Origin: a bacterium
GTDB taxonomy: Bacteria; Margulisbacteria; Marinamargulisbacteria; GCA-2716485; JAYNIM01
Direction: 5' to 3'
Length of the DNA stretch: 64,000 nucleotides
Assembly (NCBI GenBank): GCA_038109055.1
Contig: JAYNIM010000001.1
Span: forward strand, 491,365-555,364
The notes beneath the pieces are model-generated. The model had not been told where the DNA came from. It worked only from the letters and a program-made list of their open reading frames with translations, and made no database searches. Positions within the stretch are counted from its first letter, which is position 1, and each line of letters begins with the position of its first letter. Below, in pieces: positions 39,469 to 48,176 of this stretch. The position numbers and the translations under genes were made by a program.

Positions 39469-40283
39469 TGTTGGTTGTTTATGGTCTTTCCTAACATGGA
39501 GTTCGTCCTTTATACTTGAGAATCATGCGATATGTACCTGATTTTTGTTATGTTATTTTCCTGAGTTTTTGTATGAGTGTGCTGCCCTTGCTTGCATTGG
39601 TCAATACCGAGGCTTTACGTTCTTCTGATAGTGTTAAGGGGCTTCGGCATGATCTGTCTTATGAATTAGGCTGGCTGTCTGGGGATTCGGTCAAGCATAG
39701 TTTTAGTGGAGATTATCGCCTTGATTATCGACATGCAGGTAGCGAATATTTGATGATTTTGTCTAGGGACTATGCCAAATCAAATGGGCTTGTGTCGCAA
39801 GATAAGGGCTTTGTCCACCTAAGACGGATTAAGGATCTTTCGTCTACGCTTGCCTATGAAGGCTATATTCAAGATCAATTTGATCGTTTTATTAATCTGA
39901 AAGAACGCCTTTTATACGGCTTGGGGTTGCGTTTTTATTTGGGTAAAAGCACCTTTAAGACCTTTTATTTGGGCTGTAGCCTCATGAACGAACATGAGCG
40001 CTACAGTAACCAAGCTGATCACGAGCATCTACGCCTGAGTAACTATGTCTCTTTTTCGTATCTACTAGGCAGTACCTTTAACTACCGCCATACCACCTAC
40101 TATCAGGTGAGTACCACAGATTTTCAGAACTATCGGCTACTGTCCTTACAGGACCTTAACCTTGCATTCAGCCCTGTGATTTCGCTGTTTTTAAAACTTG
40201 AACTTCGCTATGATAATCAGCCTTTTGCTCGTATTGAACGTTTTAACTCTGTATTAAAGCAGGGGTTGCGTCTACGCTTTTAA
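38698..40283 (+). repeat. 1,586-bp direct repeat, copy 1 (NADAR domain + DUF481 gene)
   Basis: Near-identical to 43552-45137 (offset 4854). Confidence 0.97.
39516..40283 (+). CDS. DUF481-family outer-membrane beta-barrel, copy 1
   Basis: Signal peptide, LVNTEALR mature start, amphipathic strands, C-terminal GLRLRF. Confidence 0.7.
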   Translation: MRIMRYVPDFCYVIFLSFCMSVLPLLALVNTEALRSSDSVKGLRHDLSYELGWLSGDSVKHSFSGDYRLDYRHAGSEYLMILSRDYAKSNGLVSQDKGFVHLRRIKDLSSTLAYEGYIQDQFDRFINLKERLLYGLGLRFYLGKSTFKTFYLGCSLMNEHERYSNQADHEHLRLSNYVSFSYLLGSTFNYRHTTYYQVSTTDFQNYRLLSLQDLNLAFSPVISLFLKLELRYDNQPFARIERFNSVLKQGLRLRF

Positions 40284-40383
40284 TTTATTTGTTTAGTTTT
40301 TTCTGATAGTGGGTATTTTCTATATAGGAAATACATATGGCTTATTATACCTTTGACTTTGAATTATTTTATCCCTGCTTTGT

Positions 40384-43300
40384 ATGGGTTCAAGGAATGT
40401 TGTTATGGATAGTATAGAAAGGTCAATAGAAACTACACCTCCATCCCCACTCTCACCTTTAGCAAAAGGTGAGGATTTACCCTCTCAAGCAACTTCTTCT
40501 GCTTTATCTCCTTCTATTAAGACAGATCCTACTGATATGGGCGAGATTTTTCATGAAAATGGAAGCGTCTATGAAGGTCCTTTAAGCAATGATCTTCCGC
40601 ATGGAGAAGGTAAACTGATATATCCTGGTGTTTCTACATTAGAAGGTGTTTTTTCTAATGGGCATTTGGTTAATAGTTATGGGAAGATATCTTATCAAGA
40701 AAAGGGAGATTACCCTGGTGCTTCATATCTAGGTAAGGTCAATAATCGCTGTCAACCGCAAGGACCAGGCACAATGATTTTTAAGGAGGGTCTGGTTTTA
40801 AGGGGGAATTTTGATAAAGTTCATCAATGTGTTGTTAAGTATAATGGTGCTTCGGGTGCCTATACGGGTAGTATAGATAAACGTGGTTACCCATATAATG
40901 GATCAGGGATGTTTATGGACAACGCAGGAAACGTATTTGAAGGGGTCTTTATTGATGGTAAATATCACAAAGAAGATACGTTGAGTCGACAGGAGCCTCA
41001 TAGTCCCCCGGCTACCACTCGTCTTGCTGGGGTTACTTATGATTCTTTATCAGACATCTCTTCAACAGTAGCTCTTGTTCAAAATATCCATCACCAGGTT
41101 CAAACATTGATTGATTTCCCTGATGGGGCAGGTTATAAAGATTCTGCGGGTGTTTTGCAGGCGCTTTTACATGACAGTAATCCGTTTTTGAATGTTCTAT
41201 TTTCTGATCATGAGACTGTTAATCACTCTTTTCCTATTGGGACATTGCGTTCCTATCTTCTTCACCCTGCCCCTCCTAAAAGGGCATTAGCCATCCAAAA
41301 CCTTTCTCGTTTGTGTATCAACCAGTTTGCGCACTATGAAAGAAGTGATCCATCATCTCCTGAAAGTGCCATTAGACGCTATGCCCTGATGAAAATTTCG
41401 GGGCTACTGTTTCAGATGGCGATGTGTTGTTCGACGGAGGACTCTATTCCTGATGATTTTAAAAAGGCGCTACTTTTAGATGTACAATCGTTATTTTTTA
41501 ATCATGTTGCGACCTTTGCTGATTCAGGACTAGCTTCAGGGTCACCTATACCAGACCTCATTGAACGTCATACGGGTATTCCTGATATTGGGTTAGAACT
41601 ACAGGCCGTTAGGATGTATATGTCTGACATGTCTGCTAGTTCTGCTTCTTCTGAATTGGCCCCTTCATCAGAGCACTATAATGTATTACCTAAAGAATAT
41701 GGCCAATATTTTTGTGTAGAAACCTTCCCTGTCGAACATCCCTCTGATGATCTTAGCGATATTTCCTTGCTTTCACCTTATTCTGCAAGTGATCTTAACT
41801 TTCATCTATTTCCAAGTGATCGCAGCGTACCCACTGTTAGAATTAGAGGTGCTTATACTCATCGACTTGCTCTTTATCCTCGTCGATATTCTGCTCTCCC
41901 TGCTGTTCGTCTTGATACGGCGAGTTCTGTTGAGGATGATACTGCTGATCTTTCTGCAGCTTTACCTGCACAGGCTCCTTCGAGTCAGTCTGTTATGGGT
42001 CCGTCTCTTCCTAACCAAACTTTTGGCCCTCACGTCCCTCACGTTTCATCTGAGACTAGGATTTCCTTAGGTTCTGACCCTCGAAATGATCCGACTATAC
42101 GTGCAAACGCTGTCTATGCGATCTATGATACAACTGCCCCTCCTGTTGATGCTGCCAGTAGTCCTCCTGACACAGCTGATTTGTTTAGACCCTTAGCTGC
42201 CGCGACTGAAAAAAGATCTACATTCGAAGAGACCTTACATCGTTTTATTGCTTCACTACCTCCGAAGTTTCAAAAACAGGCTGCTGATTGGTATTCTCGT
42301 AAATCAAGGTTTGATTCTACAACACCTCATTCTGATCCACTTAGGCTTCTTGAAAATATCTTAACTGACATGTTTAATTCTTCGAATATTATAAGCGATC
42401 ATGGTGCAGGTAAGTTTCATCGTGTATTTTTTGATACTAAGGAACATACATGGAAAATGACTATTATTCTGCCTGATGGTGATCATGCAACATCGTTACT
42501 CAGTGAGTGTGACCAAGATCTGTCTCAGTCTCATTCCGAACAAGCTATCTTTGATGCCATGGTAGCAGGACTGGGCCAAGATGGAGATGACCCCTTTGCA
42601 GATGACCCCTTTGCAAACGTTAGCCCCGATGATTTAATTAAACTTCTTAAGTCATCTTTTCATTGTAGTTATAGTGGGTCTCTTTCTGATGTAGACGATC
42701 CAATCTATCAAGAATTTAAAAAATTTGAACCAGCTTACTTAACAAATCCTGATCCTAGAGTTACGAATCAGAATCTTACTCATTTTAGACGACAAATTTG
42801 TATACTGTTAGAACGTAAAGATCCCGATCGTTACACTGGCCTCACATCGTTGTTTAATGATCTAGGAAAGTATGGTGGTTATACCTTCGATGAACATCAG
42901 TTTCATAACGGAAAATGGAAGGACTCTACCTATGCAGAGGCCTGTGGGGACTTTTTAACTGCCCTTTCACATCGGGAGGGTTCTAATACCGACCTCAGTA
43001 GACTATCTCCAGAGTATATTCCGGCTTATCACCAATTAATGCAACGGTTTACGCCGGGTGATAGAAAATGGATTTTACTTCAACCTACTACTATCACTAA
43101 TCTTATAGAGGCCTTAAACTCAGGATATGATATCGACTTTTTAGAAGGTCATCTTAGACAGTTATTGTGTGATCCTGCAACCTCTGCAGCTGCAGGGAGT
43201 TCTGGTACTACGATAGCTCCTGCAGATTCTCAGCCTGCAATACCTGCCATAAAACCTAGTTCAACTCTGATGGCTTGTTTGCCTTCCCGTGTTACTCCAC

Positions 43301-44322
43301 AAAATAGTTCAGGAAAAAAGGAAATAGTTCTTAACTTTGATTCAGTGGACACACTTAATCAATGTGCTGCACTTTTATATCCATTGGGTGTTCAAAACCG
43401 ACATCTTGGTGTCAAACAGGCGATTCCTGGTACTACCAAACTTGTCCTTACTGACTATAACATTGTTGCTTTACAACCACATCTTGCTCAATTACGCGCG
43501 CAAGGTGCTCAAATTATTGCTGATGCAGTTCAAACATGGATTGATGATACGGCTGCTGCTTCTGCTGTGGCTGCTGGATCTCCAGTCCCATTGCCTGCTG
43601 TTCGAGGTATTGCTGCGTCTGGGTATTTACATCACCTTCAACAACAACATTTCAGACAGGATCCTCACATAGGGCTAGATATGCAACATGTTGCCCATGA
43701 TACTATTGCTTTTAATGAAGAAAACCATGCGACGGGTGTATTATCGAATACAGCACGTGCCCCTTTTAAGGCAAAGGTACCCTATCATGGACCCGAACAA
43801 GAAAAAGAGTTTCCATCAGCTGAACATTATTTTCATTATATGAAATTGGCTTATATTGAACAGAATTCTACCCATGGGCTATTACATGGTAACGACCCAC
43901 AAACTAAGGAATACTGGCTTAAACGCATGTTACCTCTACAAGGTTCACAGTTGCAAGATCAGTGTGATGACTGGGGATTCAATGACGCTTTTAAATCACC
44001 TGGCGTTCCCGAATGGCATGACGAGGGTAAAAAAAAAGTGATGTGGGATGCCTTATGCCTCAAATATCAGGCCCCTCATAACCAAGAGTTTAGAAAGATG
44101 ATCAATGAAATAGCTAGGTGCGATGTCAAGGTATGGGAATGGCGAAATCATGATCAAAAATGGGGGAGAACCGCAACGAATGGAGGGAGTAATTTAGCTG
44201 GATGTTTATTGACTGGTTTAGCGTGGAGTCTTAAATTACAGACTAATCGTAGCGATTATGATTCAAATCGCACATACGTGCTTCCTGATTACGATCCTAC
44301 ATTAGTACCTTCTGGTATTTAG
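40384..44322 (+). CDS. Effector-like mosaic protein: MORN repeats + unknown domains + NADAR
   Basis: YEGPLSNDLPHGEGKLIY-type MORN units; C-terminal ~255 aa near-identical to the 36346 ORF. Confidence 0.8.
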   Translation: MGSRNVVMDSIERSIETTPPSPLSPLAKGEDLPSQATSSALSPSIKTDPTDMGEIFHENGSVYEGPLSNDLPHGEGKLIYPGVSTLEGVFSNGHLVNSYGKISYQEKGDYPGASYLGKVNNRCQPQGPGTMIFKEGLVLRGNFDKVHQCVVKYNGASGAYTGSIDKRGYPYNGSGMFMDNAGNVFEGVFIDGKYHKEDTLSRQEPHSPPATTRLAGVTYDSLSDISSTVALVQNIHHQVQTLIDFPDGAGYKDSAGVLQALLHDSNPFLNVLFSDHETVNHSFPIGTLRSYLLHPAPPKRALAIQNLSRLCINQFAHYERSDPSSPESAIRRYALMKISGLLFQMAMCCSTEDSIPDDFKKALLLDVQSLFFNHVATFADSGLASGSPIPDLIERHTGIPDIGLELQAVRMYMSDMSASSASSELAPSSEHYNVLPKEYGQYFCVETFPVEHPSDDLSDISLLSPYSASDLNFHLFPSDRSVPTVRIRGAYTHRLALYPRRYSALPAVRLDTASSVEDDTADLSAALPAQAPSSQSVMGPSLPNQTFGPHVPHVSSETRISLGSDPRNDPTIRANAVYAIYDTTAPPVDAASSPPDTADLFRPLAAATEKRSTFEETLHRFIASLPPKFQKQAADWYSRKSRFDSTTPHSDPLRLLENILTDMFNSSNIISDHGAGKFHRVFFDTKEHTWKMTIILPDGDHATSLLSECDQDLSQSHSEQAIFDAMVAGLGQDGDDPFADDPFANVSPDDLIKLLKSSFHCSYSGSLSDVDDPIYQEFKKFEPAYLTNPDPRVTNQNLTHFRRQICILLERKDPDRYTGLTSLFNDLGKYGGYTFDEHQFHNGKWKDSTYAEACGDFLTALSHREGSNTDLSRLSPEYIPAYHQLMQRFTPGDRKWILLQPTTITNLIEALNSGYDIDFLEGHLRQLLCDPATSAAAGSSGTTIAPADSQPAIPAIKPSSTLMACLPSRVTPQNSSGKKEIVLNFDSVDTLNQCAALLYPLGVQNRHLGVKQAIPGTTKLVLTDYNIVALQPHLAQLRAQGAQIIADAVQTWIDDTAAASAVAAGSPVPLPAVRGIAASGYLHHLQQQHFRQDPHIGLDMQHVAHDTIAFNEENHATGVLSNTARAPFKAKVPYHGPEQEKEFPSAEHYFHYMKLAYIEQNSTHGLLHGNDPQTKEYWLKRMLPLQGSQLQDQCDDWGFNDAFKSPGVPEWHDEGKKKVMWDALCLKYQAPHNQEFRKMINEIARCDVKVWEWRNHDQKWGRTATNGGSNLAGCLLTGLAWSLKLQTNRSDYDSNRTYVLPDYDPTLVPSGI
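42586..42615 (+). repeat. 15-bp tandem duplication encoding DDPFA twice
   Basis: GATGACCCCTTTGCA x2. Confidence 0.9.
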
Positions 44323-45137
44323 TGTTGGTTGTTTATGGTCTTTCCTAACATGGAGTTCGTCCTTTATACTTGAGAATCATGCGATATGTACCTGATTTTT
44401 GTTATGTTATTTTCCTGAGTTTTTGTATGAGTGTGCTGCCCTTGCTTGCATTGGTCAATACCGAGGCTTTACGTTCTTCTGATAGTGTTAAGGGGCTTCG
44501 GCATGATCTGTCTTATGAATTAGGCTGGCTGTCTGGGGATTCGGTCAAGCATAGTTTTAGTGGAGATTATCGCCTTGATTATCGACATGCAGGTAGCGAA
44601 TATTTGATGATTTTGTCTAGGGACTATGCCAAATCAAATGGGCTTGTGTCGCAAGATAAGGGCTTTGTCCACCTAAGACGGATTAAGGATCTTTCGTCTA
44701 CGCTTGCCTATGAAGGCTATATTCAAGATCAATTTGATCGTTTTATTAATCTGAAAGAACGCCTTTTATACGGCTTGGGGTTGCGTTTTTATTTGGGTAA
44801 AAGCACCTTTAAGACCTTTTATTTGGGCTGTAGCCTCATGAACGAACATGAGCGCTACAGTAACCAAGCTGATCACGAGCATCTACGCCTGAGTAACTAT
44901 GTCTCTTTTTCGTATCTACTAGGCAGTACCTTTAACTACCGCCATACCACCTACTATCAGGTGAGTACCACAGATTTTCAGAACTATCGGCTACTGTCCT
45001 TACAGGACCTTAACCTTGCATTCAGCCCTGTGATTTCGCTGTTTTTAAAACTTGAACTTCGCTATGATAATCAGCCTTTTGCTCGTATTGAACGTTTTAA
45101 CTCTGTGTTAAAGCAGGGGTTGCGTCTACGCTTTTAA
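43552..45137 (+). repeat. 1,586-bp direct repeat, copy 2
   Basis: Near-identical to 38698-40283. Confidence 0.97.
44370..45137 (+). CDS. DUF481-family outer-membrane beta-barrel, copy 2
   Basis: Protein identical to 39516-40283; stop overlaps the menC stop (TTAA). Confidence 0.7.
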   Translation: MRIMRYVPDFCYVIFLSFCMSVLPLLALVNTEALRSSDSVKGLRHDLSYELGWLSGDSVKHSFSGDYRLDYRHAGSEYLMILSRDYAKSNGLVSQDKGFVHLRRIKDLSSTLAYEGYIQDQFDRFINLKERLLYGLGLRFYLGKSTFKTFYLGCSLMNEHERYSNQADHEHLRLSNYVSFSYLLGSTFNYRHTTYYQVSTTDFQNYRLLSLQDLNLAFSPVISLFLKLELRYDNQPFARIERFNSVLKQGLRLRF

Positions 45138-46150
45138 CACATGTGTTTCAAAAGATCCTCACTGACCTTTGTTTTCCAATAATGAGATGCCGGACAAAGT
45201 TCGGATATGGGATCGAGTCGGGGGTGCATGGCCAGTGCCTGAGTATAAGAGCGTCCAATTTCACTTTCCAATAGACCTCCAATATGGCAAGGGATGCGAT
45301 GTTTATCACAATAATTGACACATTGTATGGCGGGCCAAAACCCCCCAAGCTTTGCAGGTTTAAGACTGACCCTTCTGCCGGACATCTCTCTTTTCATTCG
45401 TTGTATATCGTCCAAACATGTGATGCTTTCATCCAAACATAGGGGGATATTTAGGGTCTTTTGTAGCTGGCTAAGACCTGCCCAATCGTTTCGATTTAGA
45501 GGCTGTTCGATATAGCGATACCGCCCCTTTAAGGTCGTTAATTCTGATAATGCTTGATCGAGCGTAAATGATTCGTTGGCATCTAAGACAAACCTTATAT
45601 CTGGGTATCTATCTACAACTGTCTCTACCCATTTTAGGTAGTTTCCTGGTTTTATTTTTACTTTGAGATGACGATAGCCCTGTTTCTGTAGCTGTTGACA
45701 GCTGTGGCTGAGTGCTTCTAGTGACTCTTTTATGCCCATAGCTGGCAGCTTTTGAATCTGGCGTGTTTGGTTTATGCCTAATTGCTGCCATAATTCTTGT
45801 TGTTGTTTTTTTGCTTCCAGCTTCCATGCCCCCATCTCGATACAGGCTTTGCTGAGTGGCTGGCCTGATACTAACTCGTTCATCTTGTAAGATAGGTCTT
45901 GTATATCTGTGTAATCATACCCTTGAATGCAGGGGATAAGGCGTGATTCGAGTGTCTGTCTTGCATCTTGAATACTCTCTGGAAAATAACTACGGTCTGG
46001 CAAGGCCGCACATTCACTAAATACTGTGTCTGCTCCAGAACATATACGCAAAAATAAGCGTGATATTTTACTATAGTTAGAGTGAGAGGTAATGAATGGA
46101 TAGTGGGGCTCAAGATTAACACTGATAATCTCAATTGAGTCTATCTTCAT
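45134..46150 (-). CDS. menC: o-Succinylbenzoate synthase / NSAR-like enolase-superfamily enzyme
   Basis: HLKVKIKPG, LDANES, YIEQP, LCLDESI, SLKPAKLGG, GGLLESEIGR. Confidence 0.8.
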   Translation of the reverse strand: MKIDSIEIISVNLEPHYPFITSHSNYSKISRLFLRICSGADTVFSECAALPDRSYFPESIQDARQTLESRLIPCIQGYDYTDIQDLSYKMNELVSGQPLSKACIEMGAWKLEAKKQQQELWQQLGINQTRQIQKLPAMGIKESLEALSHSCQQLQKQGYRHLKVKIKPGNYLKWVETVVDRYPDIRFVLDANESFTLDQALSELTTLKGRYRYIEQPLNRNDWAGLSQLQKTLNIPLCLDESITCLDDIQRMKREMSGRRVSLKPAKLGGFWPAIQCVNYCDKHRIPCHIGGLLESEIGRSYTQALAMHPRLDPISELCPASHYWKTKVSEDLLKHMC

Positions 46151-46354
46151 AGATGTAGGTGTTATCTTGGAGTTTCTTAGAAAGATTGCTTACTTTTTCT
46201 CTTTATATAAAACGTGTTTTCTTAGATGTGGATCGTATTTTTTAATTTCCATACGCTCAACTGTATTTCGTTTGTTTTTGTTGGTGTGATAACTATGTCC
46301 ACTTTCAGTACTATTTAAAATAATGTGTTTTCTATCGCCTTTTTTTGCCATGAT

Positions 46355-46744
46355 TTAGCCCTTTTCTTTCTCTTTTTTTTGTTCCGTTTTTTTAGCTGTC
46401 GTTTTCTTTTTAGTCTTGGATTCTGTCTTTTTCGTGACCTTCGTTGTTGAACTATCCTGGTCTTTTTTTGCTGCTTGCTCTGCTGTTTGATTGCTTGATT
46501 TTTTCTTTTTACGTGTAAGTTTTAATAGACCTGCTTCTCTTAAAACAGATTCGATGCCGTTTTTGGCAATGGTTCTTAAAGCTGAGGTGCTGACTTTTAA
46601 ACGTACCCAGCGTTTTTGTTCGGGTAACCAAAAGCGTTTCCACTGTATATTTACCTGCTGTTCGCGTTTTGTCTTACGGTTTGAATGGCTGACGTTATTT
46701 CCTACCAATCGTTTCTTTTTTGTTATCTGACACTGTCTAGACAT
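46355..46744 (-). CDS. rpmB: 50S ribosomal protein bL28 with Lys-rich C-terminal tail
   Basis: MSRQCQIT...GNNVSHSNRKTKR...LKVSTSALRTI. Confidence 0.95.
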   Translation of the reverse strand: MSRQCQITKKKRLVGNNVSHSNRKTKREQQVNIQWKRFWLPEQKRWVRLKVSTSALRTIAKNGIESVLREAGLLKLTRKKKKSSNQTAEQAAKKDQDSSTTKVTKKTESKTKKKTTAKKTEQKKEKEKG

Positions 46745-46778
46745 GTGACTTATCTCCTTCGTACATTAGTCTTCTAGT

Positions 46779-48176
46779 TTATTCAACTTCAAGCTGTTTT
46801 GCAACACTTAAACCTGATTTTTTCAATTGATCTTTTATTTTACTATAGTCGCTTACCAATACAATCTGCCATTCCTTGTCTTTAAAATAGCGTTTTATAA
46901 AGGTATTTACTTCTTTTAACGTTACCTTTTCTAGATTTAAGAGTTCTTGTCTAATCTCCTGATCACTCAAGCCCTGTTGCCATGCGTTTAACATATGACT
47001 GGCTTTTTGTAAGGGGGTTTCGTAACGAATAGGTAAATTTCCGCGGTAATAGGATTTGGCTGCGTCTAACTCTTCCTTGGTCATTCCCTCGTTGATCAAT
47101 TGATCACAGGTTTGTTTTATCGCGTCAATGGTCACGGCCACTTCCTCGTTTCGGGTAAAAGTTTTGATCGTAAATAACCCATAATCAGGTTCTAACTGCA
47201 TACTTGAATAAATCGAATAGGTTAAGCCTTTTTTAACCCTAACTTCGTTCATCAAACGTGAAGAAAATGATGAGGCGCCTAAGATATAGTTCATCATGCG
47301 ATAGGCGACAAATTCTGGATCTGTTTGTTTAAGTCCAGGCAATGATAGAGCAATGGTGGTTTGACTTAAACCTTCTTTGTTTACTACCCAAAGTTGTTGT
47401 TTTGTGGCGCTTTGTGGTTGTTCTGTTTGTTTATTCATCGTCTTGGCCGCCCAGGATGAAAATCTTTTTGTTAATTTCTTCTTTAGTTCCTTGCTATTAA
47501 TATCTCCAATACATACCAAGACAGTGCCCACTGGCGAGGCATGATTATAATAAAAGTCATTGATATTACTTTGATTAATCTTTGAAATACTTTGGATGGT
47601 TGCTTCTCGGCCACTGCGCTGTTTGGGCCCAAAAACAAGTTCATCTAAATAGCGTGTAGCAAGATAGTCTGGGTCTGTTTTTTGTTTTTTGATTGCAAAG
47701 ACACTTTGCTTTTTTTTACGCTCCAAGTCTTTGGCTGGAAAGGTAGGAAATTGGCTAAGTTCTTGGATAAGACTGATGGCCAAATCGATATCTTTCTTTA
47801 ACACTTGGCAGTGTATTTCTAGTCCATACAAACTTGGCAGTACTGTTAAACGCCCTCCTACCTGATTGATTTTCCGGGTAATGTCTTCCCCACTAAATGA
47901 TCGGGTACCCTGCTCTAGCATCTGAGAAATTAATGTGAGCATGCCTTCTTTTCCCAATGGATCGTAAAGCGTCCCTATAGGCATCATTAACTGAAAAAAA
48001 ACAACCGGTTGTTCCTTGTCTTCTGATAACCATAGGCTCATGCCATTTTCTAATATTGTTTTTTCAAAAACTGGTAATTTTAATGGATTCATTTTTTTTT
48101 CTGTACTTAGGGCTAAAACATGCACGTTTAGGCTTAGTAAAAGACCGACTAGGGCTATCCTCAGGTAGCTAGCCAT
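46779..48176 (-). CDS. M16B peptidase, non-catalytic subunit
   Basis: LENGM, MLEQGT, SSRLMNEVRVKKGLTY; no HxxEH. Confidence 0.88.
   Translation of the reverse strand: MASYLRIALVGLLLSLNVHVLALSTEKKMNPLKLPVFEKTILENGMSLWLSEDKEQPVVFFQLMMPIGTLYDPLGKEGMLTLISQMLEQGTRSFSGEDITRKINQVGGRLTVLPSLYGLEIHCQVLKKDIDLAISLIQELSQFPTFPAKDLERKKKQSVFAIKKQKTDPDYLATRYLDELVFGPKQRSGREATIQSISKINQSNINDFYYNHASPVGTVLVCIGDINSKELKKKLTKRFSSWAAKTMNKQTEQPQSATKQQLWVVNKEGLSQTTIALSLPGLKQTDPEFVAYRMMNYILGASSFSSRLMNEVRVKKGLTYSIYSSMQLEPDYGLFTIKTFTRNEEVAVTIDAIKQTCDQLINEGMTKEELDAAKSYYRGNLPIRYETPLQKASHMLNAWQQGLSDQEIRQELLNLEKVTLKEVNTFIKRYFKDKEWQIVLVSDYSKIKDQLKKSGLSVAKQLEVE

Noticed and set aside
30261..40383. Sigma-28 promoters upstream of the operon or the effector-like genes
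   Set aside because: No TAAA-N15-GCCGATAA-like match seen by eye
38698..45137. The long repeat as a pure assembly artefact or as an IS
   Set aside because: The copies differ at a few sites and both join in frame to different ORFs; no transposase or TIRs. Read-level confirmation is still needed
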